The notes under the pieces are model-generated. The model made no database searches and was not told where the DNA came from. It saw only the letters and a program-made list of their open reading frames with translations. Positions 14,501 to 29,841 of a stretch of 62,000 nucleotides of DNA are shown in pieces. A program made the position numbers and the translations under genes. The stretch's first letter is position 1, and the number at the start of each line of letters is the position of its first letter. Origin of the DNA: Lama guanicoe (Eukaryota); the NCBI GenBank assembly GCA_013239625.1, contig MU054049.1:631015-693014 (forward strand), given 5' to 3'.

Positions 14501-15047
14501 GATCTTTAGTTTCTTTCAGCAATGTTTTGTAGTGTTTAGTGTGTACGTCTTTTCACCTCCTTAGTTAAAATCTTCTCCTAGGTGTTTTATTCTTTTGGAA
14601 GGTATTATAAGTGGAATTGTTTTCTTAATTTCCTTTTCAGATTGTTCGTTTCTGTTGTATAGAAACAGAACAGATTTTTGTGTGTTGATCTCATATCCTG
14701 CACCTCTGCTCAGTTTATCCTATTAGGGTTTGTTTTTTGTTTTGTTTTTTTCCCTACAGTTTTCTCTATATATGATCACATCATCTGCACAATAGTTTTA
14801 TTTCTTCCTTTCCAATTTGGGTGCCTTTTGTTGTTGCTTTGGTTTTTTGGGGTTTTTTTGTTTGTTTGTTTTTTGCCTAGTTTTTCTGGCTAGAACTTGA
14901 AGTAAAATGTTGAATAGAAGTGGCAAAGGTGAGCATCTTTGTTTTATTCTTAATCTTAAGGGGAAGGCTTTCAGTTTTCACCATTAAGTATGATATTACC
15001 TATGGGGTTTCATAAATGCTGTTTAACTGTTTGAGTAAGTTCCCTTT

Positions 15048-15663
15048 TGCATCGGAGTTAATCACATTGTACAGTTAGAGGGCACAAACCCCACAAGACT
15101 ACCCTCACTTCAGACTAGCTGGCTGCAAATTTGGGGTCCCCACAACCACTCTCAGATTCGGTGATCACTAGAATGATTCACAGAACTCCAAAAAGCACTA
15201 CACTTAAAAGTTTTTTTAAGCAGAAAGATACAAATTAAAGCCAACTGAAGAAGGAGGTGCTTAGGGCAGAATGTGGGAGACATCACGGAGAATTCAGTCA
15301 TTCATCCTTTTTCTCCCAGCCACAAAGTATGAAAATGCATGCAGAGTATTGCCAACAAGGAAAGTTCACTCCAGAGTTTTCCTTGCTGCTCAATCACATG
15401 CTGCCTGCCTGACTAACCTTTAGTCTCCAACCCTCCCTAAGGTTCACACTAATACCTTTAGTCTCCTATTTCTCCAGAAGTTGGAACTAACATGTGTCCC
15501 AAAGCCCCAGTCATAAATCACACTGTTAGACTGTCCTGTGACAAAAACCCCCTGGCAAATAAAGTCACTGCTGTCAGTCAGGACATTCCACTGGCTTAGA
15601 GATCAGCTGTAGCTGAGGGCAAATACCATACCTCTCTTTACATAGGATTAATTTTTCACCACA
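15048..15663. mobile_element. MER21/MER77-like LTR inserted in L1
   Basis: ccacaagactaccctcacttcagac...ttcacagaactc; L1 sequence resumes afterwards. Confidence 0.65.
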
Positions 15664-16146
15664 TATGTTCTATACCTGGTTTAAGAGTTTTTATCTTGAA
15701 AAGGTGTTGGATTTTGTCAGATGCATTTCTGCATCAGTTGAGATGATCATATATTTGTTTTTCCTTGGTTCAATTAATGTGGTACATTACATTGGTTAAT
15801 TTTTGTGTATTGAGCCTCCCTTGCATTCCTGGGGTAAGTCCTGCTAGGTCATAGTGTGTAATCCTTTTGATATGTTGTTGGAATTGTTTTGCTCATATTT
15901 TGTTGCAGATTTTTTGCATCTGTGTTCATATGTGATATTGGCCTATGTGATTAGGCCCTGAATCTTATCTCTGCAAGGAATACTCTCTTTTCTCTGTGAT
16001 ACCTTCTCCACCCTGTGGAGAGTCTTTTCTACCAGCCTTCTTGAATATGTATCAAGTGAGTATTGGAAATGTGTTCTCATTGAGGGCTGCACAGCTTTTT
16101 CAGCTTCCTATCTATAAAAGATTGGGGGCCCTAGTGTCATTTAAGG

Positions 16147-16354
16147 CAGTCCTTAACCTGGACACTACTGACATTTCGGATGAATAATTCTTTCTTTTGA
16201 GGTGCTTTCCTATACATTGTAGAATGTTTGGGAGCATTCCTGGCCTCTACCCACTAGAAGCCAGTAGTACTCCCCAATTATGACAACCAAAAATGTCTTT
16301 AGACATTACCAGATACCCTCTGGGAACAAAACTGCCCTGGTTTAAGAACCATTG
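16147..16354 (-). mobile_element. MER20 (hAT-Charlie) DNA transposon
   Basis: tggcctctacccactagaagccagtag...caaccaaaaatgtctttagacatt...aagaaccattg; 8-bp TSD atttaagg/ttttaagg. Confidence 0.85.
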
Positions 16355-16584
16355 TTTTAAGGCTAGAATTTTTTTTTTAATACTACAACTCTCTTAGAAA
16401 CTTAGGAGGCTTCTTATCTTTTTCATTACAGTTCTTTTCAGAGCACATCTGTTAGCTCACTGGCTCTATATTCTTGGACTCCATGTCTACCTTTATGTTT
16501 TTTTAAGCCTCTGTTGGCAAGTCTGAAATACTTCCATCAGCTTAAAGAGTTTACAGGTCTTTTTACCTCAAAGGCTTTCAGAAT

Positions 16585-16950
16585 TGCTGTGTGAAAATAA
16601 TGCATTAAAAACAAATCCAAGATATCAGTGACTTAAAACATTTATTGCTTGCTTAGGGGTCTGCAGTTTGGCTGTGTGGCACTGCTGCAGGTCACGGAGT
16701 CAGGTTCAGGGTTTGATTCATGTTCAGGTTTCAGCATCCAGGCTGAAGGAGTGCCTTCCTGAGGCACATCCATTTCTCACAGTGAAAGAAGGGCAAGAGC
16801 CATGCTAAATCAGTCAGGCACATGTAAAACTTCTCTTCAGCTTTTGTGAACACCACATTGCCTCACAGTCCATTGGCCAAAATTAGTCTAGGCCCATCAA
16901 TAAGGTGAAGAAGTATATAAGTTGGGAAGAGGAGATATTTGCTGAACAAT
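16585..16950 (-). mobile_element. Old MaLR (MLT1-like) LTR fragment
   Basis: cagtgacttaaaacatttattgct...ccattggccaaa. Confidence 0.55.
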
Positions 16951-17064
16951 CCACCATTATTTTTTTTAAAGATATAGTAACATTTAATTCTCCAGAATGA
17001 CAAAGCCCTGAAATTCTGGATTCTCTGTTCCTTTTATTTCTTCTTGTAGAGTGGCCAATTCTTT

Positions 17065-17339
17065 TTAAATGTTTTAATTTTTATTTTATTTTTTAATCTG
17101 TGTACTGGCTTATTTAAGTGATTTACTTTCCATTTGTGATTGTCTCTTTCTTGTGGATTCTTGCTTCTTTTCTATTTGTAGATGACTTTTCAATATTTCT
17201 TTTAGGATTAGTTTAGTAGTGCTGTATTCTTAGTTTTTGTTTGTTCAAGAAATTCTTTATCTCTCCTATTCTCAATGATAATCTTGCTGGGTAGAGTATC
17301 CTAGGTTGCAGGTTTTTCCTTTCAGGACTTTGAATATAT
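17065..17339 (-). mobile_element. L1 ORF1 C-terminal fragment with its own A-rich tail and TSD (HAL1-like)
   Basis: Translates to DIFKVLK/KNLQPRILYPARLSLRIGEIKNF..KQKL; flanking repeats at 17043-17064 and 17340-17361. Confidence 0.8.
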
Positions 17340-17428
17340 CTTGTAAAGTGGCCACTTCTTTGATATGCACACCAGTAGCCACCTACACACACTATTAAAG
17401 TTTTGCTTTTCAATCTCTTCTTCTAGAG

Positions 17429-17639
17429 CAGGGGTCAGCAAACTTTTTCTGTAAAGGTAAGGCCAGATAGTATATATCCTAGGTTTTGCTGATGGTAAGC
17501 TACAGTCTTTGTTGTAGCTTCTCAACTTTATGACAGTAACACAAAAATAGCCATAGGCAGTAGGTAATGAGTGAGTGTGACTGTGTTCCAATAAAACTTT
17601 CTTCACAAAAACAAGCAGGCATTAATTTGCCAACCCCTG
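17429..17639 (+). mobile_element. MER58-like hAT-Charlie MITE
   Basis: TIRs CAGGGGTCAGCAAACT / AATTTGCCAACCCCTG; perfect 8-bp TSD TTCTAGAG at 17421-17428 and 17640-17647. Confidence 0.9.
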
Positions 17640-17803
17640 TTCTAGAGCTTCTGGTTATTGTAGATGACAGTGTCATGAATATAATGAATGTATTGCCATT
17701 CTATAACCTGGATCACCTTTCCAGCCTTTGAACTGCTACTCAACTGCTAAGCTATGATCCTTCGTTTATAATTGTAATACCCCACTCCTGGTATCAATTT
17801 CAG

Positions 17804-18711
17804 TGTCAGAATAATATAAAGGAAGACATTCTTCTGTGTCTCCTTTATTCTCACACTAATGCCATAATGCTTCTGACACCATATGTGTGATAGTTTTTCC
17901 CACACCAAACAGTTCTCAGATTCTCTGGACACCAGCTGGGTATCTTATAATTTTACTCAGTTCTAACACTATCTACCTGGAGATAGCATTAGATGCTGCA
18001 GGTTAAAGGCTCAGTCCCACAAGACTGCCCCCACTTCAGATTCCAGTCACAATCCCAGGTTGTTACCTATGCTCCTGGTCTACTGTCTGTAATTTGGAGG
18101 TTCCCACAACTGCCTCCTCATGTTTACTTAATTTGCTAGGGTGGCTAACGGAACTCAGGAAAACATCTACTTACTAGATTACTGGTTTATTACAAAGGGC
18201 CTAACTCAGGAATAGCCATATGGAGGGATGCATAAGGCAAAGTATGTAGGAAGGTGCATGGAGCTTCCAAGCCTTCTCTGGGTACATCACTCTCCCAGCC
18301 ACCTCCAAGTGTTTCTCTCCATTTGTTTACCAGAAGTTCTCTGTACCATTCCTTTGGGGGTTTTATGGAGGCTTCAATTACATAGGCTTGATTGATTAAA
18401 TATTGGGCCATTGGTGATTGAATTCTATTTCTAGCCCCCTTTCCCTCCCAGGAGGTCTGTGGGGTGGGGCTGAAAGAGCCAACCCTCTAATTACTTTGTT
18501 GGTTCCCGGGAAGCCAGTCTCATCCTTTCACACTTTCCAGAAGACACCCCATTAACATAAACTCTGGTGTAGTTGAAAGGTACTTCTTATGCACTCCTTT
18601 CACCTTTATTGCTCTTGTCACTTGGAAAATTCCAAGAGTTCTAAGGCCTCTGTGCCACTAATTGGGACAAAGACCATATCTACTTTTCTGATTATAAATT
18701 ACAGTATCACA
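17804..18711. mobile_element. MER21-like LTR
   Basis: ttctgacacca...tttcccacacc...ggacaccagctggg...ggctcagtcccacaagactgcccccacttcaga. Confidence 0.8.
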
Positions 18712-20390
18712 AGTAGGCCAAGGTAACAAACACTGAATTCTCAATGACTTAACACAACTAAGATCTCTTTCCCACACTGCATGTCCAGCACAGGTCTTGG
18801 TGAGGTGAAGACTGCTTTACATAGATGCTCAGCAATTCACTATCTGGAATATTACTCATCACCAGAGCAGGGCAAGAAACAAAAAGATGTTATGCACTGG
18901 CCGTTCTGTTCCTTGTTCCCACTCACATTCATTGACTAGAATTAATCACAATTGGGCTGGAAAAATGTGGGAGCAAAGGTGAAATATTGAGTTAGTCCAC
19001 TACCTCTGCCACACACATTCACACAAGTTCAGTTCTTCTTCACAAATATGGATAGCAGTGCTACTAGCATCTGTAGAGAGATACATGTTGATATGCAAAA
19101 ATGGATCTCAGATGACACTCTTTGAGGCATTTTTTGAGTTTCTTTTTCTTAACAAAAAATACTTGTTTTTTAAAAATTGTGTTTTGTTCTTAATTTTTCC
19201 AGAATAAAAGTGTTTAAGGTTGGAACCTTATTCCTAGACTAGAATGCAGTAGTATGAAGAGCCATTAATCAATAACCAACATGGTAGACATTAAAGTAGT
19301 ATCAAAGTTTGTAATACTTATTTTTGAATGTGCAGTGTTACTTTGCTGAGACATTGTATTTTGGAAACAGTGGCAGCATATTTATAGGATAGCAATAATG
19401 AAAATTTTCATCTTATCTCAATAAGCCTGTTGATATCTATTTTTAATTTGATAAAATATTTAGAGGACACATCTTCTAAACCCATCCATGATTGCCTATC
19501 AGAATATGTTACAGACAACATACCTGCCTTTCTGGATTATAGACATTACAAAAGTAACCATTATCTTTCAGGTCTGCTTTCTTTTCTATTGTATTAGTCA
19601 CTGGTATTCAATGTATGTGGGTGTACGCTTGCTTTCTTTGGTCTCTTAGTTCATAATAGGATTTATGGGAGCTAACAGGCAAGATAGGTTGAACTTGAAG
19701 CCATGAGTGTTTATGCTGCTGCCTTTTAATGATCATAGCACAGAATTCCTTAATTAATTAATTCAGTGTATTGGAATCAGGTGGGAAGTTCTTCACAAAG
19801 ACATTGTAGTATCAATAGCAAGTAATTTTATGGATTAGTGGCACCAAGACAATGGTGTCCTAACTCTAAGGTCAGTCAAAAATTTTATGAACTAATTTGT
19901 ATGACTTTGGGTGGCAAATCAGTGATAGAAAGACTGATAATGACTATTTCAGTCCTTTAGAGTTGAACATCTACTGATTTGAAAGATCAAATGACATTTG
20001 CTTTGGTTGACAGAATGGCCCATTGTTGATGTATAGTATCTGTATAAAGCTTATTGTGACTTTAAAATGAGATTTTTTAAAAGTTGGTAATTTAGTATAC
20101 AAACGAATATAAACACTAACTTAAGATTCTTTCTTTTACCATAGTAGTTCTTATGTGAGCTTTGAGATGTCTTTCCTAATCACTTTTACTCTACTTAATT
20201 TCTAGCTAATCATAATTTCTAGCAAATAAAACATTACTAACTTCTCTAAGAACTGTATGTATTCATAAATTTAAAATGCCATCAAGCTCATTTCTCAAAT
20301 TTGCCTGTTATAATGAATCTGTGCAGTGATAACAAGTACAGTGAGAAAAATGAACAATTAACGTGAATTGTTTCACAAGTGATCTTATAA

Positions 20391-20639
<249 letters not shown>

Positions 20640-22705
20640 TGAATAATGTTCTGGTTTATTTGCTTCTGTTTTTCAGGTTTCTTATGTAAATACTTAAAAT
20701 GAAGTGCATAGTTTTAAATGTGTATCGCTGTTAGAAACATTTATCAACTACAACTACAAGTAACTACAAATTCTGTCATAAATGTTTGAAAAAACTTGGG
20801 GGCCCCTGTTTATTTAAACACAAATACATAACCATCAACACTACCATTGGGTAAAGAATTTGTTGCCGTGGCCCCTGTAACAGAACATATGCCATTTGCT
20901 TGCCTGTAACTTGAAAATGAGCATTCTAACATGGGCTCAAGGAAGTATATAGTGGACCGTTAGTTTACCTTCAGTAATCTTAGTTTGCGTTAGTGATATT
21001 TGCACACATTTCCAACCCCGTGACACAAAAGTTAATAGCAGTAGCGCTTAGTGCAAACTTTAATAAGAGTTACAACAAGGCCATTCTGCAAAGCTGATGG
21101 ATAACTGATGTAAAGAGACCTTTCGGAGGGTCACTTTCACTGTTTCATCAAAGCCCTTATGTCCAGCCTTAAAGAAGTGGCATAAATATGTGTGAATATA
21201 GTCAGTTATATATATCAGCACTAGAATCAAGGTTGAAGGAAGTTATTAGGCATGTAGTTCATGAATTTTAAAAAATTGTATACATATACATACATATATT
21301 TATACTTAAGAAATTTTGTTGAATCTCAGTCATTTAGGGGATGAATAAGTTTATACAGGATTTTATTGACTTAAACCATAACTTTTTTAATATGGTAATT
21401 TAATCTGAAACATTTCCTGAAATAGGACCTAGACATTTTTGCTAGGAAGGAGTCCAAAACAGCAGTTCACTTCAAATCAGGAAACTGTATCAAGTCAGTC
21501 TTCCGGGTTCTTTTTTATAAAAGATAACATTGAACTCAGGACTATAGCTTAATTTCTTTTTCTGAGCTAATTAAAAACAAACACTTTAAACATTTACTAT
21601 AATTCTTTTGTTCTGAAATAGACTGTTCTGTTTCTTACTCTTTTCCTAAAGTTGTTTATACCGTATAGAATCCAGCAAGTTAGGTTTAGTATTAGACTTT
21701 TTTTTTTTTTGAGAATTGGTACTTCCAGTGACCAGCATGAAGATTACTTCTGCATTTGCTGTAAAACCATTGATTGTCACAGATAATGTGTAATGTGTCA
21801 CTCGGTCCTATAATTGGGATCTTGGGAGCCTCCTACCAGAAATTAGCACCAAGAAAAACTATCATATAAAAAATTGACATAAAAATTGACATACTTTCCT
21901 TTCTTAGATAAGAATTATATAGATCACTTTATTGCCTTTTTTTGCCCGCAGGAAACTGAGTCAAATGTAATGCTTAATTACGTAACTGTATTAGCCAGCA
22001 GGGTTAAACATAAGACCTTCCTCCTTTTGGGGACACTTCCCACCCACCCCCACCTGTTCTAACAACGTTGTTTTATATGGCTTTTATTGCAAGCTACCCC
22101 AATGTTTTTTGGAAAGTGTAAGATAACAGAATATATTTAAACTGCCCAATAGACTAAGCAGTTAGGCCCTGTAAAGCTAGTTTTACGTATAAATCAGGCT
22201 TATTGTTTTCTGAGGAAAGGCTTTACTGACCCATACAGTATCTTCTCTCATGCTTGCAGCTTTTGAAATCTGTTTTAAAATGTTTTTCTTAAGATTACCT
22301 GCATAAGTTGTGTTCTGAATATTTAACTAAATCTTGCTATTCTCTATAAAATCCATAGGGAAAAATTATTGTCATAGATTTTTGCCAAAAATGAAAACCC
22401 TGGAAAAGGTTTTTCTCTGAACTAGTTTATGAATACTAATTTTTCCTCTAAAATTTTATCCTTGAAAGTTGAATCATGCTGTAAATGTAAAAAGATTCTA
22501 ATGTATTTTAATGTGAAATTTTAGAGAAACCTTAGTTCCATAGGATTTCCAAAATTTGTCCCAAACTTAACTCCTAAAATTCTGTAATGAACTAGCCGTC
22601 TCCTTATGAGTGTACTAGAAAGTACAGACTTTTAAGTGCCTGAGTTCTGCAGCATGGGTAAAGGGTATATCTCTAACATCCTTCCTAACATTTTGCTATT
22701 TTGCT

Positions 22706-22843
22706 AGTTTTCTGAAGCTTTCCTTTCACATTGCTCCTTTTCCCCTTCTTATATTACAAGAATTGGAGCCTTCAGACTTCAAAAACAAATGCAGTTTTCT
22801 GAAGCTTTCCTTTCACATTGCTCCTTTTCCCCTTCTTATATTA
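22706..22843. repeat. Perfect 51-bp direct repeat with 36-bp unique spacer
   Basis: agttttctgaagctttcctttcacattgctccttttccccttcttatatta at 22706-22756 and 22793-22843. Confidence 0.97.
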
Positions 22844-23805
22844 AATTACAGGCATCTACTTTTTATCCGATTTTGAAACCGAAAGATACAAAATGTCAGA
22901 GTATTTGTTAGTTTTAGTGAAACAGGTGGAGGTCCTCAAACTGCCCATTTCTGTGTCTAGCAGATTCTTTTCAGCATTGATTAGAGCTCTCATTTAAAGT
23001 TGACAAGGGGCAATAAATCCACCAGGAGACTGTAGATAATAAATCTGTGGGAACTTTCATACTGTATTCAGCCAAAACTAACTTCTTAAGTCAAAATAGT
23101 TTGGGTTTATGGGTTTAAAAAACTTTAGGCGAAAAACATATGAAATACATTTTTTACTAAGTTTCCTTAATTGATTATTTGTTCATTCTCTGCATGCTTT
23201 CCTTTGGGGACAGTAGAGTAAATGCATCATAGTGTTGCCAAGAAAACAAATAACTTTCAATTCAGAATAAACTTAGCACTTCTCCATGCAGATTTATGAA
23301 ATCCAACTTGAAAATTTCTGAAGAGTTTTAACTTTTTAACTATAGTCATTCAGAGAAACATTCTTTCTGTTAAACCTTTTAATATACTCGATTATTTCTG
23401 CTCATGCTTTTCTCTTTCATTTGACTTAAAGAGAGAGTATAATGCACAGTTGAACTTCAAAATAGTATCAAGATTTTATTTTTAAAATTTTGCTACTTCA
23501 TATGCATTTTCAGCCTAATTTACAAGACTTGTGTTTGGTTCTTTCTTATATTTTGTAAACTAATTCTCAGGGACAAGATATATAGGGTTTTTTTTAATTA
23601 TGGGATTTCTGTGCATAGCTCTCACTTTAAAATTAAATATGTAGTTAAAAGGCCACACTTCACATTTGCTTTTGTGAATCAAAGCCTTTTGAAAAATACT
23701 TTGTGTTTTAAATTATTCCATTAGCTAAAATTAAGATCACTTTTCTTTTTGTGATGTTTTGCCGTTTTTATATAATGCAGTCATATTATGCTTCTTTGAT
23801 TTTAA

Positions 23806-23952
<147 letters not shown>

Positions 23953-24262
23953 TAGTCAGGTGAACTCCCAGTATGTTCTCTAATGAAAATGAATAGAGTG
24001 CACATTCATACAGGTGGGGTTTTTTAAACAGATGTAAAGTTTGTGGCTGTTATAGTTCAAAAATTGTTGAGAGATGAAGCTGAAATATTTGTAGGCTGCA
24101 TCTGGCAGTAGGACATACAGTCTCTGCTGGTAGTTAGAGCACATTCACTGTCACTCATTTTTATTTTATACGGCTTTCTATAATTTTGAAGTATACATGG
24201 TGTGCGTGATTTTTTTTTAATGTTTATATTTTTTTTTATTTTAACCAAAATCTTTACGTTAA

Positions 24263-26000
<1,738 letters not shown>

Positions 26001-26065
26001 TGAAGTTTTAGTTTATTTTCAGTTAATTTTTTTGGTAATTTTATATTTTATAAACATGTGCATAA

Positions 26066-26335
<270 letters not shown>

Positions 26336-26803
26336 TGAAGAATATATTACACTCTTACAGTTAGAATTGAAGTTAGGTTTAGAGGATTTTTAAATTTTTA
26401 AATAAAAATATAAATAAATAATCATGGTGTTTTCCTATTTTTGCATGAAAAGTTCCTTAAGAGAACGAACATACCCAATCACTTCTTACACAAAATAAGG
26501 TTCCCTCCCAGTTTCTTGCCTTTTTGCCTCGATACCTGATATGATGAGTTAGCATGTTGAGGAGCTCTTTGGGGAAACATCTTAATTTAGTTGTGAAACA
26601 AATTATTGTTTCCAAAGCCTTGCACAATTCTATGATATAAGTAAAATGTGACAATTTTCAAAAACAAGAAGAAAAGAAAAAGAGGGTTAAACATCTTTTT
26701 TCCTGTCATGGAGTCTTCCAAAACTAGCCTCTCTACACAAGAACATTGCTGATTGTTGATTAATCTTGGTCTAATGATATATTTTTCCAGGCCTTCTGTC
26801 TGA

Positions 26804-26965
<162 letters not shown>

Positions 26966-28158
26966 TAAGAATGAAGCTGGAAGAGCTTCTGGCTTTCTGT
27001 ATTGATTATTCATCATGTTAGGGAAATGAAAGACATTTTCTATTATTCGTAACTGATATTTGATAACATAGTTATTAATATTTTTACAAAATTAGAAAGT
27101 TAGTCTCCTTCCCTCGCAGACTTAATCCTAATGTCTTATGTTCCCCACCCCAGATACAGACACTTGAGTGCTTTCTAGAACTTACTTTTTTCCACAGTCT
27201 ACAGATACACAAACGTGTGTTTGATGTCTCAGCTTTCTCTCTCCCACCTTGTTTTAATCACCAGTGGTTGCATACAGTGCACACTTGCTATGTTGATATA
27301 ATCATACATTTTAGAGATTATCCTCTCTTCTTCCTGGCTCATTTCGTTTAGTGCCAGGTTAGTGATCTACTGTGTGGCAGTGTCACAAGGTTGTCCTGTA
27401 TCCAGCAACCTCCTGAAGAGCCTTTTAAGTTGTGTCTAGTCTACTGTTACAAACAACTGCAGTGTTTCCTCTCCAAAGGAATTGTACCCCTTTTCACTTC
27501 CATCAGCGTTGTGTAGGAGTGTCTGTTTTACCCGTACCCTCACCAACAGGGTGAGTTAATTTTTAATCGTTGCATATCTAATATAATAGTTTTATTGTAT
27601 TTTTTTTACTTTGGTTGAACATTAATAATGCTTTGTTAGTCATGGAAATGTTAAAATATTTCTTTACAAGATTTTCTGGGACATTTGGGCCACGTAACTT
27701 TTAGATCCTGTTTACCTCCATTTATATTGTTGTCTTTAAAGTGTTGACCACTCTTGAAGCTCATGACTTTGGGCAAGTCACTTGATCCCCTTTTTCACCT
27801 GATCTGAAAATCAGGTAGACAGAAGACAAGAGCTAAGACCTTAACTATTTGGAAGGGAAAAGGGACTGGGGAGGTATAAACCAGAGCAGGTAATCCATCT
27901 ATCAATTCACCGGAGAGGAATGAATTTGATTCTTTCTTCTTAGAAAAAACCAGAGACTAGTTTTCTGTAAGTTGACTTTGGGAGACATATAGTTAGACTC
28001 TATAGAGCCCACCAGAGTGATAGAATTGAGTAGAACCTAGTGCATCTGTATATGTAAGATATATAATTTATAAGAGTATAGTGACTATGGGTCAGAGTAT
28101 GTATTAAAATATCTAAAAAGATGTTTTTATATATCATTACATCTACAATAAATATTTA

Positions 28159-28327
28159 CGGTATTTCATGGCATCTTAATAGGTCACCAGTTGTAAAACA
28201 CCATAACGTGCCACTGAGAAAGAGAAAACAATGCCAGCTGTACTGCACCATTGATTATAAGATGCAACCCAATTTCAGAGATTTTAAATCATGAAAAAAG
28301 TGCATATTTAAAATCGGTGAAACACAG
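28159..28327 (-). mobile_element. MER104-like Tc1/mariner MITE
   Basis: TA|cggtatttcatg...attataagatgcaacccaatttcagagattttaaa...gaaacacag|TA. Confidence 0.6.
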
Positions 28328-29763
28328 TACTTTCATTTGTAGAAGGATGTAGCTGGGATTTTTGATTATCCTAAACATGTTTATCTGTATCTTTTTCCCC
28401 AGCCCCAAACGCAGTTTAGTATGTACTTACAAGCTATCTTTTTTAAGATCTGCTTAAGAATTTTAGCATCATTTCAGAAAGAAAAATTCATTGCCAAAGC
28501 CATTGATTACAGATTGCTTTATCTAGGTAGTACTCCTAATTAGCTTTGGTTCTCCTGCCTTAATCCCTTTTCACAAACAGGTGGTGTTTTCTTTTTTTTA
28601 AACCTCCTATCTAAAATGCTTATCATTCCTTTTTGTTTCTTTGAAGAAAAGCATCTCCCATTCTTTCCTCTATCATGACGTCCTGTTTTTCCCCTTCTAA
28701 GCCCAAGTAGGTTACCGCGGTAAGCAAACTTAGGTATTTGTAGTTCCTATTCATTCCGGCGTATCCACTTGTTTTACCTTATTATCAGCATAAATGTTGC
28801 CATACCCTGTGATCAGAAATAATTTGTCAAAAATGTAAGGAATTACAGACTCCTTGAAATTCTGTGCAACATTTTTGCTTGTATGTTTTCCTCAGAAGAG
28901 GGTTTATTGCTTTTACGCAATTCTCAAAGGATTTCGTGACCCAGAGAAGACAGTGAATAATGGCAATGTTAGCATCCACCAGAAGGTTCTTCCTAAGTGG
29001 ACTTGCAGGCTCACAAGGCACGTCACACTTGATGTCAGGATCATGTAGACGAATACAGGGCCAAAGGCACATCCACCGGTAGGGCAGTCCGGCATCTCTC
29101 GGCAGCTGGACCAGTCCTCCCGGCAGTCTGCGCACTGGCCAGAAGCCCAGTTAAGGAACAAGATTCCCACGGAGAAGTCTTGGCAGTGATAGCATGCCGT
29201 GTTTCAACTCTGAAGGAGTTAAACTACAGCTGCCTGATGCTTTTCCTTTAATGAAAATTTATTTGTATTCTGTTCTGATTAAAGAAGCTTCCACATACTC
29301 TTGCATCTAAATTGTTGAACAGTATCTGTGGGTAAGTACCTCCGGTGTATCAGGTAATGCCAGGGCTCAGGAAATAGAAGTTCATAAGACAAATTTGATT
29401 CAAGCCCTCACTGAGAGAATTAAATGAGCATTTTTAGTACAGAATGATTTATGTGTGATACGGTTATAGTACAAAGTGCTGGTAGAGTAAGAAAGATAAA
29501 GCTTCTAACCCCAGCTCTATCTTTAATCCACCTTTCAGAGTATTATAGCAGAGATTTTTTTCTTTCAATATAATTCATGGATGAGGATCAAGGACTTGTT
29601 ATTAACACCTTTGAATGTCAGGGAGGCTGACACTTCTGGACCATCATAAGGACACTATTCATAGTACTTAATGTGTGTAAAAATTTCTTATTTGAAACAT
29701 ACGTATCTTGGGAGATTGGCTCTCAGACTTTGAGAACTTTGTTTTTGTTCACCTCTTTTTCAG

Positions 29764-29841
29764 AATTGATATACAAAGAAGTTATGGACTTGGAGGAGAG
29801 AACCAAGAATGGCGTTATACGGGGGCAGCCCTCTCCTTTAG
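29764..29841 (+). CDS. MAPK8: MAPK8 penultimate exon: [26 protein letters not shown]
   Basis: tttcag| ... G|gttggt; 78 nt. Confidence 0.97.

Noticed and set aside
21865..21892. Small tandem duplication aaaaattgacat x2 (similar at ~5877-5917)
   Set aside because: Ordinary slippage in an AT-rich intron.
22706..22843. CRISPR-like repeat-spacer-repeat
   Set aside because: Only two repeats, non-palindromic and pyrimidine-rich, in a mammalian intron with no cas genes; a local duplication explains it.
23162..23171. TTTCCTTAAT, a near-consensus U12 branch motif
   Set aside because: No AG/AC at a suitable distance and no upstream U12 donor in that intron.
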